From assembly GCF_003945235.1 (NCBI RefSeq), contig NZ_RSDW01000001.1, positions 5,370,001 through 5,402,000 on the forward strand: DNA of 32,000 nt, written 5' to 3'. Numbering within the stretch: position 1 is the first letter of the stretch; every line of letters begins with the position of its first letter. The stretch comes from Edaphobacter aggregans. GTDB lineage: Bacteria > Acidobacteriota > Terriglobia > Terriglobales > Acidobacteriaceae. Below the pieces are notes generated by a model. The model saw only the letters and a program-made list of their open reading frames with translations, did no database searches and was not told the origin of the DNA. Both the position numbers and the translations under genes were made by a program. Positions 17,292 to 25,774 of this stretch are shown piece by piece.

Positions 17292-17469
17292 TTGATTTGC
17301 TGCACTGAGTTTGTTGCCCAGAACTGATGCGTGAGTAGCTGAATTGTTGGTAATTCGCTGAATCGGAGACTCGCTTGGGCCTTTTTCAATTGTGCTTCCC
17401 CCTGTTCGGGCGCCGAACGTTTGCCCTTCAAATTCCACTTCAAAGATTCCGCCTGGCTCCGGGTGAGCG

Positions 17470-20127
17470 ATGAGGGCCCGGATCGCAGTACCTCTCCTGA
17501 CTGCTGGTGCGATTCTGGCAATTTCGCTGAGCTACCATGCTTATCGCGAACGACCGCGACCCGATGATCCTGATTGGCTTTTACAGCGCGCCGATGAACA
17601 GGCGTGGCTAAACCAGTGGATTGACGCGGCTCCTGTCTATCACAGGGCGGAACTTCTCTTTCAGCAGCGGAATGAACCGGCCAGAGCGCTCTATGCGCAA
17701 GTCAGCCAGATGATGGCTACGAGCGAGACGTCCAGCTTTGCGCCGCAGATTGCGTCGCTGAGCGATGATCTCCAACTGCCCGCGGCCCGTGATCCGGAAA
17801 CCCGACTGAGAATTCTTATCATTCGGGGAATGCTCGAGACCAATTACGATGCAGGTCTGGCAACGAAGACCTGGACCGAGGTTGGCGAACTGGCGCGGAA
17901 ACAGAACCACTTCATGCTGGCGTCGAGGGCGATGGGAGAGGAAGGGATCGCAGCCTTTCTTCTTGGCGACGTTGACGGAGCCCAGGCGAAGGTCATGAAG
18001 GCATACCTCGTAGCCAAATACCTGGGCGATCCGGCTGCTAGAGTCAGGTACGCCAGCGTCTACGGCGCCGGGTTGGTCGCGCTCAAGAAATACGATCGCG
18101 CTCTCAAGCCACTTGATGAAGCCATCCGGGTCGCCAACACGACGCCAGGGGTAGCGTATCCAAGCATTGCCACCGCCTCGAAGATTGAGGCACTGGGCGG
18201 CTTGGGCCGTTATCAGGAAGCCCTCATGCTGGCAAATGATGCGATGGCACGGGTCACGGCCCGGCATCTGAACATGCATATCTCCGAGCTCCTCCGCATC
18301 CGTGCCGGCATCTATGAGCGGACCGAGCAGGCGAAGCTTGCTACCGACGACTACCAGGCAGCAATCGATATAGGTAAGAAGGTCTCCGATTGGCGTGGTC
18401 TTTTACAGACCGGCGGCTCGCTGGCCGCGCTCTATGAGAAGCAAGGCAGGCTCGAAGACGCTCTTCGTACCATCGACGATGCAATCGAGGCCAACAAGCA
18501 AATTCCCGATGAACTCTACTTTCTGCCGAGAAACCTCTCGATTAAAGCGCGAATCCTGGCGCGCATGGGAAAGACGGGGGAATCAAACACCCTGTACCAG
18601 AAGAGCGCGGATCTCATCGATTCTTTATTGGCGCACGCTCCCACTGCCAATGTGGAACGCGAGCTGATCACGTCTTTGCAGCAGGTCTATGCCGGCTACT
18701 TCGATTCACTTTGCACACAGAATAAGCTCGCCGAGGCGTTCCGCATCATCGAGAATGCTCGAGGTCGCTTCGAGGCTGAATCCCTTGAACACGTCGAGGC
18801 AGCACCCCCTCGTCCGGCAAGCGAGATCGACCAAAAATTAGTTCGTTTGAATCTCGCTCTCCTGAACACCGACGATCCTGCCAGGCGCGCCATCATTGTC
18901 GATCAAATCGGAGACACGGAAGGACGGTTGCCCTCTGAGTCTTTGGAGGGTAGGACGGCTGTCGATCCGGTGTCTCTGGCGCAGTTACAAGCGGACCTTG
19001 GCCCGAAGCAGATTCTCGTCGAATATGTTCTCGACGATCCTCGGTCCTACGCCCTGGCTATCACTCGTACAGCAGTCAATCGATACTTACTACCGCCGAA
19101 GCAGACGATCGAGCAAGAGGCCAGCGACTACCGATCGAGTGTCATGCAACGAAAGCCTGACGCGGCCACGGGGCAGAGACTGTTTCAACAGTTGCTTGGA
19201 AACATCCCCGAATACAAACGCAACGATGAGGTCATTCTGGTGCCGGATGGCGAGCTACATTTGTTGCCCTTCAGCGCACTAAATGATGGACCACACTATG
19301 CGATCGAATCACATACCCTGGCGGTCAGTCCTTCGGGAACGGTGTTTCACCTTCTGAAAGAGCGGGAACGCGCGCTCGATGCCAAATCTCGTCCGTACGT
19401 GGGTGTGGCGGCCTGGACGCAGGTGAAGCCATCAACCCTGGAACGTATCCTGCGCGGGGTGAATGGTCCAAAGGAGAGCGAATTCGTGCCGCTACCGGAG
19501 AGCAGGGAAGAGGTAGAAACTGCCGGAGCCGATCTGCCTAAGCCAAGCACCATCCTGCTCGGCGCTGATGCAACCGAGACACGGTTCAAGGACTTGCCAC
19601 TTGATCAATATCAAGTGCTGCATCTGGCACTTCACGGGTATGTCGATCCCACCTATCCGGATCGATCTGCATTGGTGTTCGCGCCCGAGAAGAATGGACA
19701 GAACGATGGTTTGCTGCAAGTGCGTGAGATCAGGCGAATGCGGCTCAATGCCAGCCTGGTTACGCTCTCGGCCTGCGATACCGGCGTTGGCCCCGCGGGT
19801 GCGGCAGGCATCAACAACCTCGTGACGGCATTTATCGACGGGGGCGCTCGCAGCGTCGTGTCAACCTTGTGGGAACTCGAAGATCATTCCACAACCCGGT
19901 TGATGACGAACTTCTATGCCAACCTGAAAACTGAGAGCAAAGCGCAGGCGCTCCGCGATGCGCAGCTCGAACTGCTCAGGGCAGGCTTCGGTCCATACTA
20001 CTGGGCCAGCTTCGAACTGGTCGGCGATCCCGACAACCTGGTCTTTGCGGGATCGAACCCTCCTTCCTCCTCACACGTTGCGCAGGGGCAAGTCATGCTT
20101 CAACAAACCGGTAGGCGGCCATTATGA
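17470..20127 (+). CDS. TPR-repeat CHAT-domain (caspase-like) protease with an N-terminal hydrophobic anchor or signal
   Basis: 885 aa. The N-terminus is MRARIAVPLLTAGAILAISLSYHA, followed by a long helical-repeat region and a C-terminal CHAT domain. The His is in VLHLALHGYV (codon 19633..19635) and the Cys in LVTLSACDTGVG (codon 19774..19776). The protein ends with YYWASFELVGDP, typical of CHAT. Confidence 0.9.
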   Translation: MRARIAVPLLTAGAILAISLSYHAYRERPRPDDPDWLLQRADEQAWLNQWIDAAPVYHRAELLFQQRNEPARALYAQVSQMMATSETSSFAPQIASLSDDLQLPAARDPETRLRILIIRGMLETNYDAGLATKTWTEVGELARKQNHFMLASRAMGEEGIAAFLLGDVDGAQAKVMKAYLVAKYLGDPAARVRYASVYGAGLVALKKYDRALKPLDEAIRVANTTPGVAYPSIATASKIEALGGLGRYQEALMLANDAMARVTARHLNMHISELLRIRAGIYERTEQAKLATDDYQAAIDIGKKVSDWRGLLQTGGSLAALYEKQGRLEDALRTIDDAIEANKQIPDELYFLPRNLSIKARILARMGKTGESNTLYQKSADLIDSLLAHAPTANVERELITSLQQVYAGYFDSLCTQNKLAEAFRIIENARGRFEAESLEHVEAAPPRPASEIDQKLVRLNLALLNTDDPARRAIIVDQIGDTEGRLPSESLEGRTAVDPVSLAQLQADLGPKQILVEYVLDDPRSYALAITRTAVNRYLLPPKQTIEQEASDYRSSVMQRKPDAATGQRLFQQLLGNIPEYKRNDEVILVPDGELHLLPFSALNDGPHYAIESHTLAVSPSGTVFHLLKERERALDAKSRPYVGVAAWTQVKPSTLERILRGVNGPKESEFVPLPESREEVETAGADLPKPSTILLGADATETRFKDLPLDQYQVLHLALHGYVDPTYPDRSALVFAPEKNGQNDGLLQVREIRRMRLNASLVTLSACDTGVGPAGAAGINNLVTAFIDGGARSVVSTLWELEDHSTTRLMTNFYANLKTESKAQALRDAQLELLRAGFGPYYWASFELVGDPDNLVFAGSNPPSSSHVAQGQVMLQQTGRRPL

Positions 20128-21392
20128 CGAACACGCTGGATCTCAAAGCTGAGCAGAGAGATGCAATTCTCAACCGCACACTGAAGGTCCTGGACCAACG
20201 GTTCTATCAACCGGAAAAGCTAGGCAATGGATGGAAGGACGCGATCGCGCGCAATCGACCGGCGATTATTGGCGCGTCAACAACGGCTGCTTTCGAAGAA
20301 GCCATCACGCGATTGCTCGAGGAATTAAAGACCTCACACGTCGGATTCTTTCACGGATCGGCAAGGCGAGCCTCAAGTAGAGCTGCTCTTAGCGCTACCT
20401 ACCTCGCGGACGACACTGATGAAGGTCGTCGCTGGATATTCCAGGATGTACACCCGGGAGGTGCAGCGTCGCTGGCTGCAATCGAGCCGGGCGACATTCT
20501 GTTACGTGTCGGAGCGGAGGAGATCATTCCTCCAACGCACCCCACTTTCCCAATGGGGGAAACGACAGAACTCACCGTCCTGACCGCCGACGGCAAAGAG
20601 CGTACCAGGAGCGTCACGGTCGCTCGGCCCAAAGGCAAGAAACTGCACTACGTCGAACCAAAGCTTGTTGTCGGCAATCGCCTGCAAGACGGCATTGGCT
20701 ACCTGAAGGTGGCCATGTTCCCAGGAATGGTGGGCGTAGAAGTTGCCAATGAGATATCGAGCCAGGTGGAGCAGTTGGGCAATGTCGAACGCCTGATTAT
20801 CGATCTTCGCGGGAACACAGGTGGAGGGATCGGAGCATTGCGCGTGATGAGTCTATTGACTCCCAGGCGGATACCAGTCGGCTTCGCGCTCGACAGAAAG
20901 TCTGCGCAACGAAACATTGCCGACGCAAAGAACAGCTTCCCGCGCTTTGACAGGATTCCAGCCTCGAAGAAGGGGCTTTGGCTCCTCGCGCTGCGCTATG
21001 CACCCATGCTGGTGAAGAAGTCTCCCATCGTCCTTGAGACCGAAGGGCTGGGAGCCAAGCCTTTCCATGGAAGAATCGTTCTCCTGGTGGACCGGCACAC
21101 GGCCAGCGCTGCTGAAATGATTGTTGCCTTCGCTCGGGAAAACTCGCTCGCCACGATCGTCGGGGAAAAGACGGCGGGTCGGCTTCTTTCCGCCACTTCC
21201 GCAAAGGTCGGGCATGGCTACCGCTTAGCCTTTCCTACGGGGGCGTACTACACCTGGAAAGGGTCAGTTCTCGAAGGCACTCCGATCGAGCCGGACCAAA
21301 GCGTTGCTTTCGATTGGCGTGAAGCACGACGTGGCAACGACCTGCAACTGAAACATTCCATTGAACTCCTCGAGAAGGTACTGACTCGATAA
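20124..21392 (+). CDS. PDZ-containing S41 family peptidase (C-terminal processing peptidase-like)
   Basis: 422 aa. The ATG overlaps the CHAT stop (ATGA at 20124..20127). It has a PDZ-like segment GGAASLAAIEPGDILLRVGAEEI and the S41 core motifs LIIDLRGNTGGG and LLVDRHTASAAEMIVAF (Ser codon 21105..21107). No signal peptide is evident. Confidence 0.88.
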   Translation: MTNTLDLKAEQRDAILNRTLKVLDQRFYQPEKLGNGWKDAIARNRPAIIGASTTAAFEEAITRLLEELKTSHVGFFHGSARRASSRAALSATYLADDTDEGRRWIFQDVHPGGAASLAAIEPGDILLRVGAEEIIPPTHPTFPMGETTELTVLTADGKERTRSVTVARPKGKKLHYVEPKLVVGNRLQDGIGYLKVAMFPGMVGVEVANEISSQVEQLGNVERLIIDLRGNTGGGIGALRVMSLLTPRRIPVGFALDRKSAQRNIADAKNSFPRFDRIPASKKGLWLLALRYAPMLVKKSPIVLETEGLGAKPFHGRIVLLVDRHTASAAEMIVAFARENSLATIVGEKTAGRLLSATSAKVGHGYRLAFPTGAYYTWKGSVLEGTPIEPDQSVAFDWREARRGNDLQLKHSIELLEKVLTR

Positions 21393-21492
21393 AGTCTCAG
21401 AGAGATATGACGGATTGACCGATGCAAGCTAGCCCACGGATGCCATATTTGCATAAATACTGTGCCAAAATGACATTGTTCCGGAGTACATT

Positions 21493-21975
21493 ATGAGTAT
21501 GGCTACGATCGCTCGCAAAACCGTTGCGCAGTTTGTTCCGTCCTCGAGCATCGCCAAGGCTGCGCGAATCCAGCCAGGAAGAAGCCTAGGACTCAAGCGC
21601 ATGGAGCTCCCCACCTTGCTCAAGGTGATTACCTCGGGTCTGCGCTGGTCTGCGGTGGAAAGCTTTCTGCAGGAATCGGGCTTTACGCAGCTGCAACTCG
21701 CACAGTACCTCGGTATTCCTGTTCGGACTCTGGCCAGGCGCAAAGAAGCAGGTGGACTGGACGAAAATGAGTCTGAACGCCTGCTCCGACTGTCAGAAAT
21801 TTACGATGCAGCCCTTGATCTTTTCGCTGGGGATAAAGCTGATGCGCGTGAATGGCTGCTTTCACCTGTGCGCGGTCTGAATAATTCCCGACCAATTGAC
21901 TATGCTCGTACTGACTACGGGGCACGAGAAGTTCGGAATCTGATTGGCCGGCTCGAGCACGGGGTTTTCTCTTGA
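21493..21975 (+). CDS. Xre-family / DUF2384 antitoxin (MbcA/ParS-like)
   Basis: 160 aa with an HTH (FTQLQLAQYLGIPVRTLARRKEAG) and a C-terminal DUF2384 pattern (SERLLRLSEIYDAALDLFAGDKADAREWLLSPVRGLNNSRPIDYARTDYGAREVRNLIGRLEHGVF). It overlaps the RES gene by 4 nt. Confidence 0.88.
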   Translation: MSMATIARKTVAQFVPSSSIAKAARIQPGRSLGLKRMELPTLLKVITSGLRWSAVESFLQESGFTQLQLAQYLGIPVRTLARRKEAGGLDENESERLLRLSEIYDAALDLFAGDKADAREWLLSPVRGLNNSRPIDYARTDYGAREVRNLIGRLEHGVFS

Positions 21976-22430
21976 TCGAAGCCTGGCGCATTGACCGAAA
22001 AATCTATCGGGCGACAGCGTTTACCGGCGAAGGTGCAAGAGTCTATGGAGGTCGATGGAATAGCCAGGGTGTTTCCGTGGTCTATACCGCTGAGCACCGA
22101 TCACTGGCAATGCTTGAGATCCTTGTCCATCTAAGAAGGCCCAGGGACTATGAACTCTATTCGGTCAAATTCGACGAATCTCTGGTCCAGGAACTTGCAG
22201 CCCGCAACCTTCCTCGAAACTGGGACGTCGAACCTCCTACAGGTGACACTCAGGAAATAGGAGACAACTGGGTGATGGGCGCATCGTCCGCTGTCTTATC
22301 CGTTCCAAGTGCCGTTGTGCCGGAGGAACGAAATTACATCCTTAACCCACGGCATCCTGATTTCAAGCACATCAAGATCGACGGGCCGTTTCCTTGTTAT
22401 TTCGATCCGCGCCTGCTTGGAGAAAAATAG
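21972..22430 (+). CDS. RES-domain toxin (NAD+-targeting MbcT/ParT-like)
   Basis: 152 aa with a TTG start that overlaps the antitoxin stop (cTTGA at 21971..21975). The R/E/S landmarks are GARVYGGRWNSQG, SLAMLEILVH and AVLSVPSAVVPEERNYILNPRHPDF. Confidence 0.88.
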   Translation: MIEAWRIDRKIYRATAFTGEGARVYGGRWNSQGVSVVYTAEHRSLAMLEILVHLRRPRDYELYSVKFDESLVQELAARNLPRNWDVEPPTGDTQEIGDNWVMGASSAVLSVPSAVVPEERNYILNPRHPDFKHIKIDGPFPCYFDPRLLGEK

Positions 22431-22475
22431 CAGCCTGATGCAAATCTAATCATATTCTTATCGCCGGAGAACCAC

Positions 22476-24197
22476 GTGAAGGTTTTGTCCCGTACTCAAA
22501 TGTTGATTGCCCTCCTCCTTGCAACAACGGCCGCACAGGCCGCCGGCAAGGCAAAACCTCCGGATTTCGGCCCGAACGTCGAGGTCTTCTCGCCTGCGAC
22601 CCCAGCAGCCGAGATTCAAGCTCAGATCGACAAGGTGTACGCCGTCCAGCAGCACAACCAGTTCGGCAGCGAGCGCAACGCCTTCCTTTTTCTCCCCGGC
22701 GAATATAAGGTTGACGTTCCCATCGGCTTCTACACCGAGGTCCTGGGCCTCGGAGCCACGCCCGATGCGACGCACATCACCGGCAACGTCCGCTCCGAGG
22801 CGGCTGGCCGCAACGACAACGCCACGACTACCTTCTGGAAGGCAATCGGGGGACTCTCCGTCACCCCGGCCGGCGGCGAGATGCTTTGGGCCGTCTCGCA
22901 GGCGGTCTCGTTCCGCCGTATGCATATCCGGGGCGACATCGTCCTCAACCAGAACAAGGGCTGGGCGAGCGGTGGCTGGATGTCTGACTCCGTCATCGAC
23001 GGCAGGGTCAACTCCGGAACCCAGCAGCAGTGGATCTCCCGCAACAGCGAGTGGGGAAGCTGGACCGGCCATAACTGGAACATGGTCTTCGTCGGTGTCC
23101 CGCAGGCTCCCGCGGGCGAGTGGCCCGACCCTCCTTTCACCGGGATCGAGAAGACTCCGGTCATCCGCGAAAAGCCCTTCATCACCATTGATGCGAAGGG
23201 CAACTATGGCGTCCGCGTTCCCGATCTTGCGAAGAAGAGCGCGGGTGCCACCTGGCACGCCGGCGCGACAGCCGGCAAGACCATCCCCCTCGCGAAGTTC
23301 TACATCGCGAAGCCCGGCGACTCCGCCGCTATCATCAATGCTCAGCTTGCGAAGGGAATGCACCTGCTGCTCACGCCCGGCATCTACGAGCTGTCCTCAC
23401 CCATCGAGGTCACCCGGCCCAATACGATCGTGATGGGTCTCGGCTTCGCGACCCTCAAGCCCGTCCACGGCACGGCCGCGATGAAGGTTGCCGATGTCGA
23501 CGGCGTCACCGTCGAAGGCCTTCTCTTCGACGCGGCCGAGACCGAATCTCCGGTGCTCCTCGAAGCCGGGCCTGAGGGGAGCAAGGCCCGTCACTCCGGC
23601 AACCCGACATTGCTCGCCGACGTCTTCTTCCGTGTCGGCGGCGCGGGAATCGGCAGAGCGAAGGTGAGCCTCGCCATCAACTCCAACGATGTCCTCGTCG
23701 ACCACACCTGGATCTGGCGTGCCGACCATGGCACAGGCGTCGGCTGGGAGAACAACACCGCGGCCAACGGCATGGTTGTTGCTGGCAATGACGTCACCGC
23801 GTACGGTCTCTTTGTGGAGCACTACCAGGAGTTTCAGGTTCTTTGGAAGGGCAACGGGGGGCGCACCTACTTCTACCAGTCCGAGATCCCTTACGATCCT
23901 CCCACGCAGGCCAAATTCACCAGCGCGCCGAATGTGAATGGATGGGCCTCCTACAAGGTCGCCAAAAACGTCACCAGCCACGAGGCCTTTGGGCTGGGCG
24001 TCTACAGCGTCTTTCGCCATCCGGACGTCAGGCTCACCCGGGCTATCGAGGTTCCCAGCACTCCGGGCGTGCGCTTCCACCACATGATCACGGTCGCGCT
24101 GGGAAATCTCGGCGCAATCGACAACGTCATTAACAACACCGGCGGAGCGACGCAGATGAAGCCGCGCGTTACACCGACGGTGACTAGCTATCCATAA
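22476..24197 (+). CDS. Secreted right-handed beta-helix (pectin-lyase-fold) protein, putative glycoside hydrolase
   Basis: 573 aa with a GTG start after GGAGA and a signal peptide (MLIALLLATTAAQAAG). It has repeated beta-helix-like turns and conserved-looking blocks (WAVSQAVSFRRMHI, DHTWIWRADHG, LFVEHYQEFQVLWKGNGGRTYFYQSEIPYD). The CDS is confident; the precise family is not. Confidence 0.8.
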   Translation: MKVLSRTQMLIALLLATTAAQAAGKAKPPDFGPNVEVFSPATPAAEIQAQIDKVYAVQQHNQFGSERNAFLFLPGEYKVDVPIGFYTEVLGLGATPDATHITGNVRSEAAGRNDNATTTFWKAIGGLSVTPAGGEMLWAVSQAVSFRRMHIRGDIVLNQNKGWASGGWMSDSVIDGRVNSGTQQQWISRNSEWGSWTGHNWNMVFVGVPQAPAGEWPDPPFTGIEKTPVIREKPFITIDAKGNYGVRVPDLAKKSAGATWHAGATAGKTIPLAKFYIAKPGDSAAIINAQLAKGMHLLLTPGIYELSSPIEVTRPNTIVMGLGFATLKPVHGTAAMKVADVDGVTVEGLLFDAAETESPVLLEAGPEGSKARHSGNPTLLADVFFRVGGAGIGRAKVSLAINSNDVLVDHTWIWRADHGTGVGWENNTAANGMVVAGNDVTAYGLFVEHYQEFQVLWKGNGGRTYFYQSEIPYDPPTQAKFTSAPNVNGWASYKVAKNVTSHEAFGLGVYSVFRHPDVRLTRAIEVPSTPGVRFHHMITVALGNLGAIDNVINNTGGATQMKPRVTPTVTSYP

Positions 24198-24217
24198 AAC
24201 AAGCACTCACACGCACC

Positions 24218-24910
24218 TTATTCGATTTGAAGAGGATAGGTGTAAGGAGCGTCTTCGCCCTGGAGTTGAGTCGACAAGGTGTAATTACCTGGTGCCGCAC
24301 TTCTCAGATCGAGAGACACCGTGACCACGGTTCGCGGATCGGCACCCACCGCCGACCCGGTTGCGCAGGCTACGCGATTAAGCCCGTTCTTGGCGGGCGC
24401 AACCATGATGGAGTAAACGCCGGGTTGGCTCAGACGAGGCAGGACAAGTTCCAGCCTTACGAGCGCGGCGGGAAGATGGAGTGGAGGATTGCTCTTTGGC
24501 TCGCCACCGCGGTAGGTTCCATACTGCGAAAGGTCCAGGGTACGATGAACTTCGGCCGACTGCACCTGGACTACTGCCGGATGTCTACGGTTCCAGGCAT
24601 TGGCAAGAACGAACCCTACCAACAAACAGGCCAACCCCGTCGCCGCCACAGTCGCGTAGCGAAACCTCGGAGATGTTCCTGCCGGACGAGTTGCGCGGAA
24701 CTGAAGCAGCCGCCCCAGGCAGTAGTTGCAGGATGTGACATGATCGACACGCGGATCGGAGAGCGAGACGTCCATGGGACGTGCTGCATAGGATTTCAGA
24801 AAGGCATCGTCCACACACTCCGGGGTCTTATCTCCACTCGGCTGCCTGCGGGCATAGGATTCAACCTGTCTGAGGAACCATTCTTCAGAGTTCAATTTTT
24901 TCTTGATCAC
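24218..24910 (-). CDS. Anti-sigma factor (zf-HC2/ZAS N-terminal domain, one TM helix, extracytoplasmic C-terminal domain)
   Basis: It has an HxxxCxxC motif (DHVTSCNYCLGRLL) and a single TM helix (YATVAATGLACLLVGFVLANAW), and lies directly downstream of the sigma gene. The start is uncertain: GTG 24910, TTG 24895 or the track ATG 24964. These overlap the sigma stop by 26, 11 or 80 nt respectively. Confidence 0.75.
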   Translation of the reverse strand: MIKKKLNSEEWFLRQVESYARRQPSGDKTPECVDDAFLKSYAARPMDVSLSDPRVDHVTSCNYCLGRLLQFRATRPAGTSPRFRYATVAATGLACLLVGFVLANAWNRRHPAVVQVQSAEVHRTLDLSQYGTYRGGEPKSNPPLHLPAALVRLELVLPRLSQPGVYSIMVAPAKNGLNRVACATGSAVGADPRTVVTVSLDLRSAAPGNYTLSTQLQGEDAPYTYPLQIE

Positions 24911-25484
24911 TATCCTCTCGCTCTTCAGAGCTAGACCTATCAGAAGAGGGGACCAAAAGTCCACGAAGCTCCTTGTGATAGGCCCGCCGAACTGTGGCGT
25001 GACTGGATTCCAAAGCGTCCGCGATCTGGCGCCAGCTATGCCCCGCGAGACGCCAATAAGTAATCTTCCTCGCGCGTTCGCTCATCCGGCCCAGCATCTG
25101 CTCGATGTACGCCGTCTGCTCTGATTCAGATTGTGAGGAAAATGCAGCAGCCAGTATCTCGAGATCGAAGATGGATCCACAATATATCTCGCGATTGTTC
25201 CGGACGCGTTGTTTGGAGAGCCTTTTCAGAACACTCACGATTCTGTAAAAGAGCTGGGTGGTGGTTCGCTCGCCCTGGAAGCGTTCGTAATATCGTTCCG
25301 TATTCGAAACTGCTGCGTCCATCAGGTCGTACGCCGCGTGAATATCGTGCAGATAGCGAGTGGCGCAATAAAGAGCGTACGGCCAGGTTAAAACGCATAG
25401 TCGACGAAACAACTCGTCCATGGCCGGATTCGGGGAGCCCAGATACCAGTACTTACTGGAGGGGAGAGGCAGCCTTGAGTCCAT
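24885..25484 (-). CDS. ECF-type RNA polymerase sigma-70 family factor
   Basis: The region-4 HTH is MSERARKITYWRLAGHSWRQIADALESSHATVRRAYHKELRGL, and the region-2-like part is YALYCATRYLHDIHAAYDLMDAAV. The start is at ATG 25484 or 25421. The first ~70 codons of the track ORF look non-coding. Confidence 0.78.
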   Translation of the reverse strand: MDSRLPLPSSKYWYLGSPNPAMDELFRRLCVLTWPYALYCATRYLHDIHAAYDLMDAAVSNTERYYERFQGERTTTQLFYRIVSVLKRLSKQRVRNNREIYCGSIFDLEILAAAFSSQSESEQTAYIEQMLGRMSERARKITYWRLAGHSWRQIADALESSHATVRRAYHKELRGLLVPSSDRSSSEEREDSDQEKIEL

Positions 25485-25774
25485 TGAGAGCCCTCTGCGA
25501 CGGAATAAACAGCTCAGCAGGTCACAGCAATATGTCACTGGATTGTAACGCTGACTGAGACTTATCGAATCGCCGAACAATGAAATTATTCTTGGCGCAA
25601 ATGATCCAAACGCTATCGAGAAATGCCTTATATCAGTAAGGGACGAACAGGCGACGCCAGCGTCCCTGCCTTCCCCTCGAGCTTTCACTGGCATCACAAG
25701 AAATACGTAGAAAAATCTCTATACCCCTCTTCTTTTCTGCCTCGTTGTGTGTATATGGAAGACTGAGGTGCGGT

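Noticed and set aside
22458-24206. Long minus-strand ORFs (301 aa, 269 aa, 157 aa) and a 308-aa + strand off-frame ORF over the beta-helix gene
   Set aside because: They are R/G/A/P/S-rich with no motifs. The 573-aa frame has a signal peptide, an RBS and structured composition.
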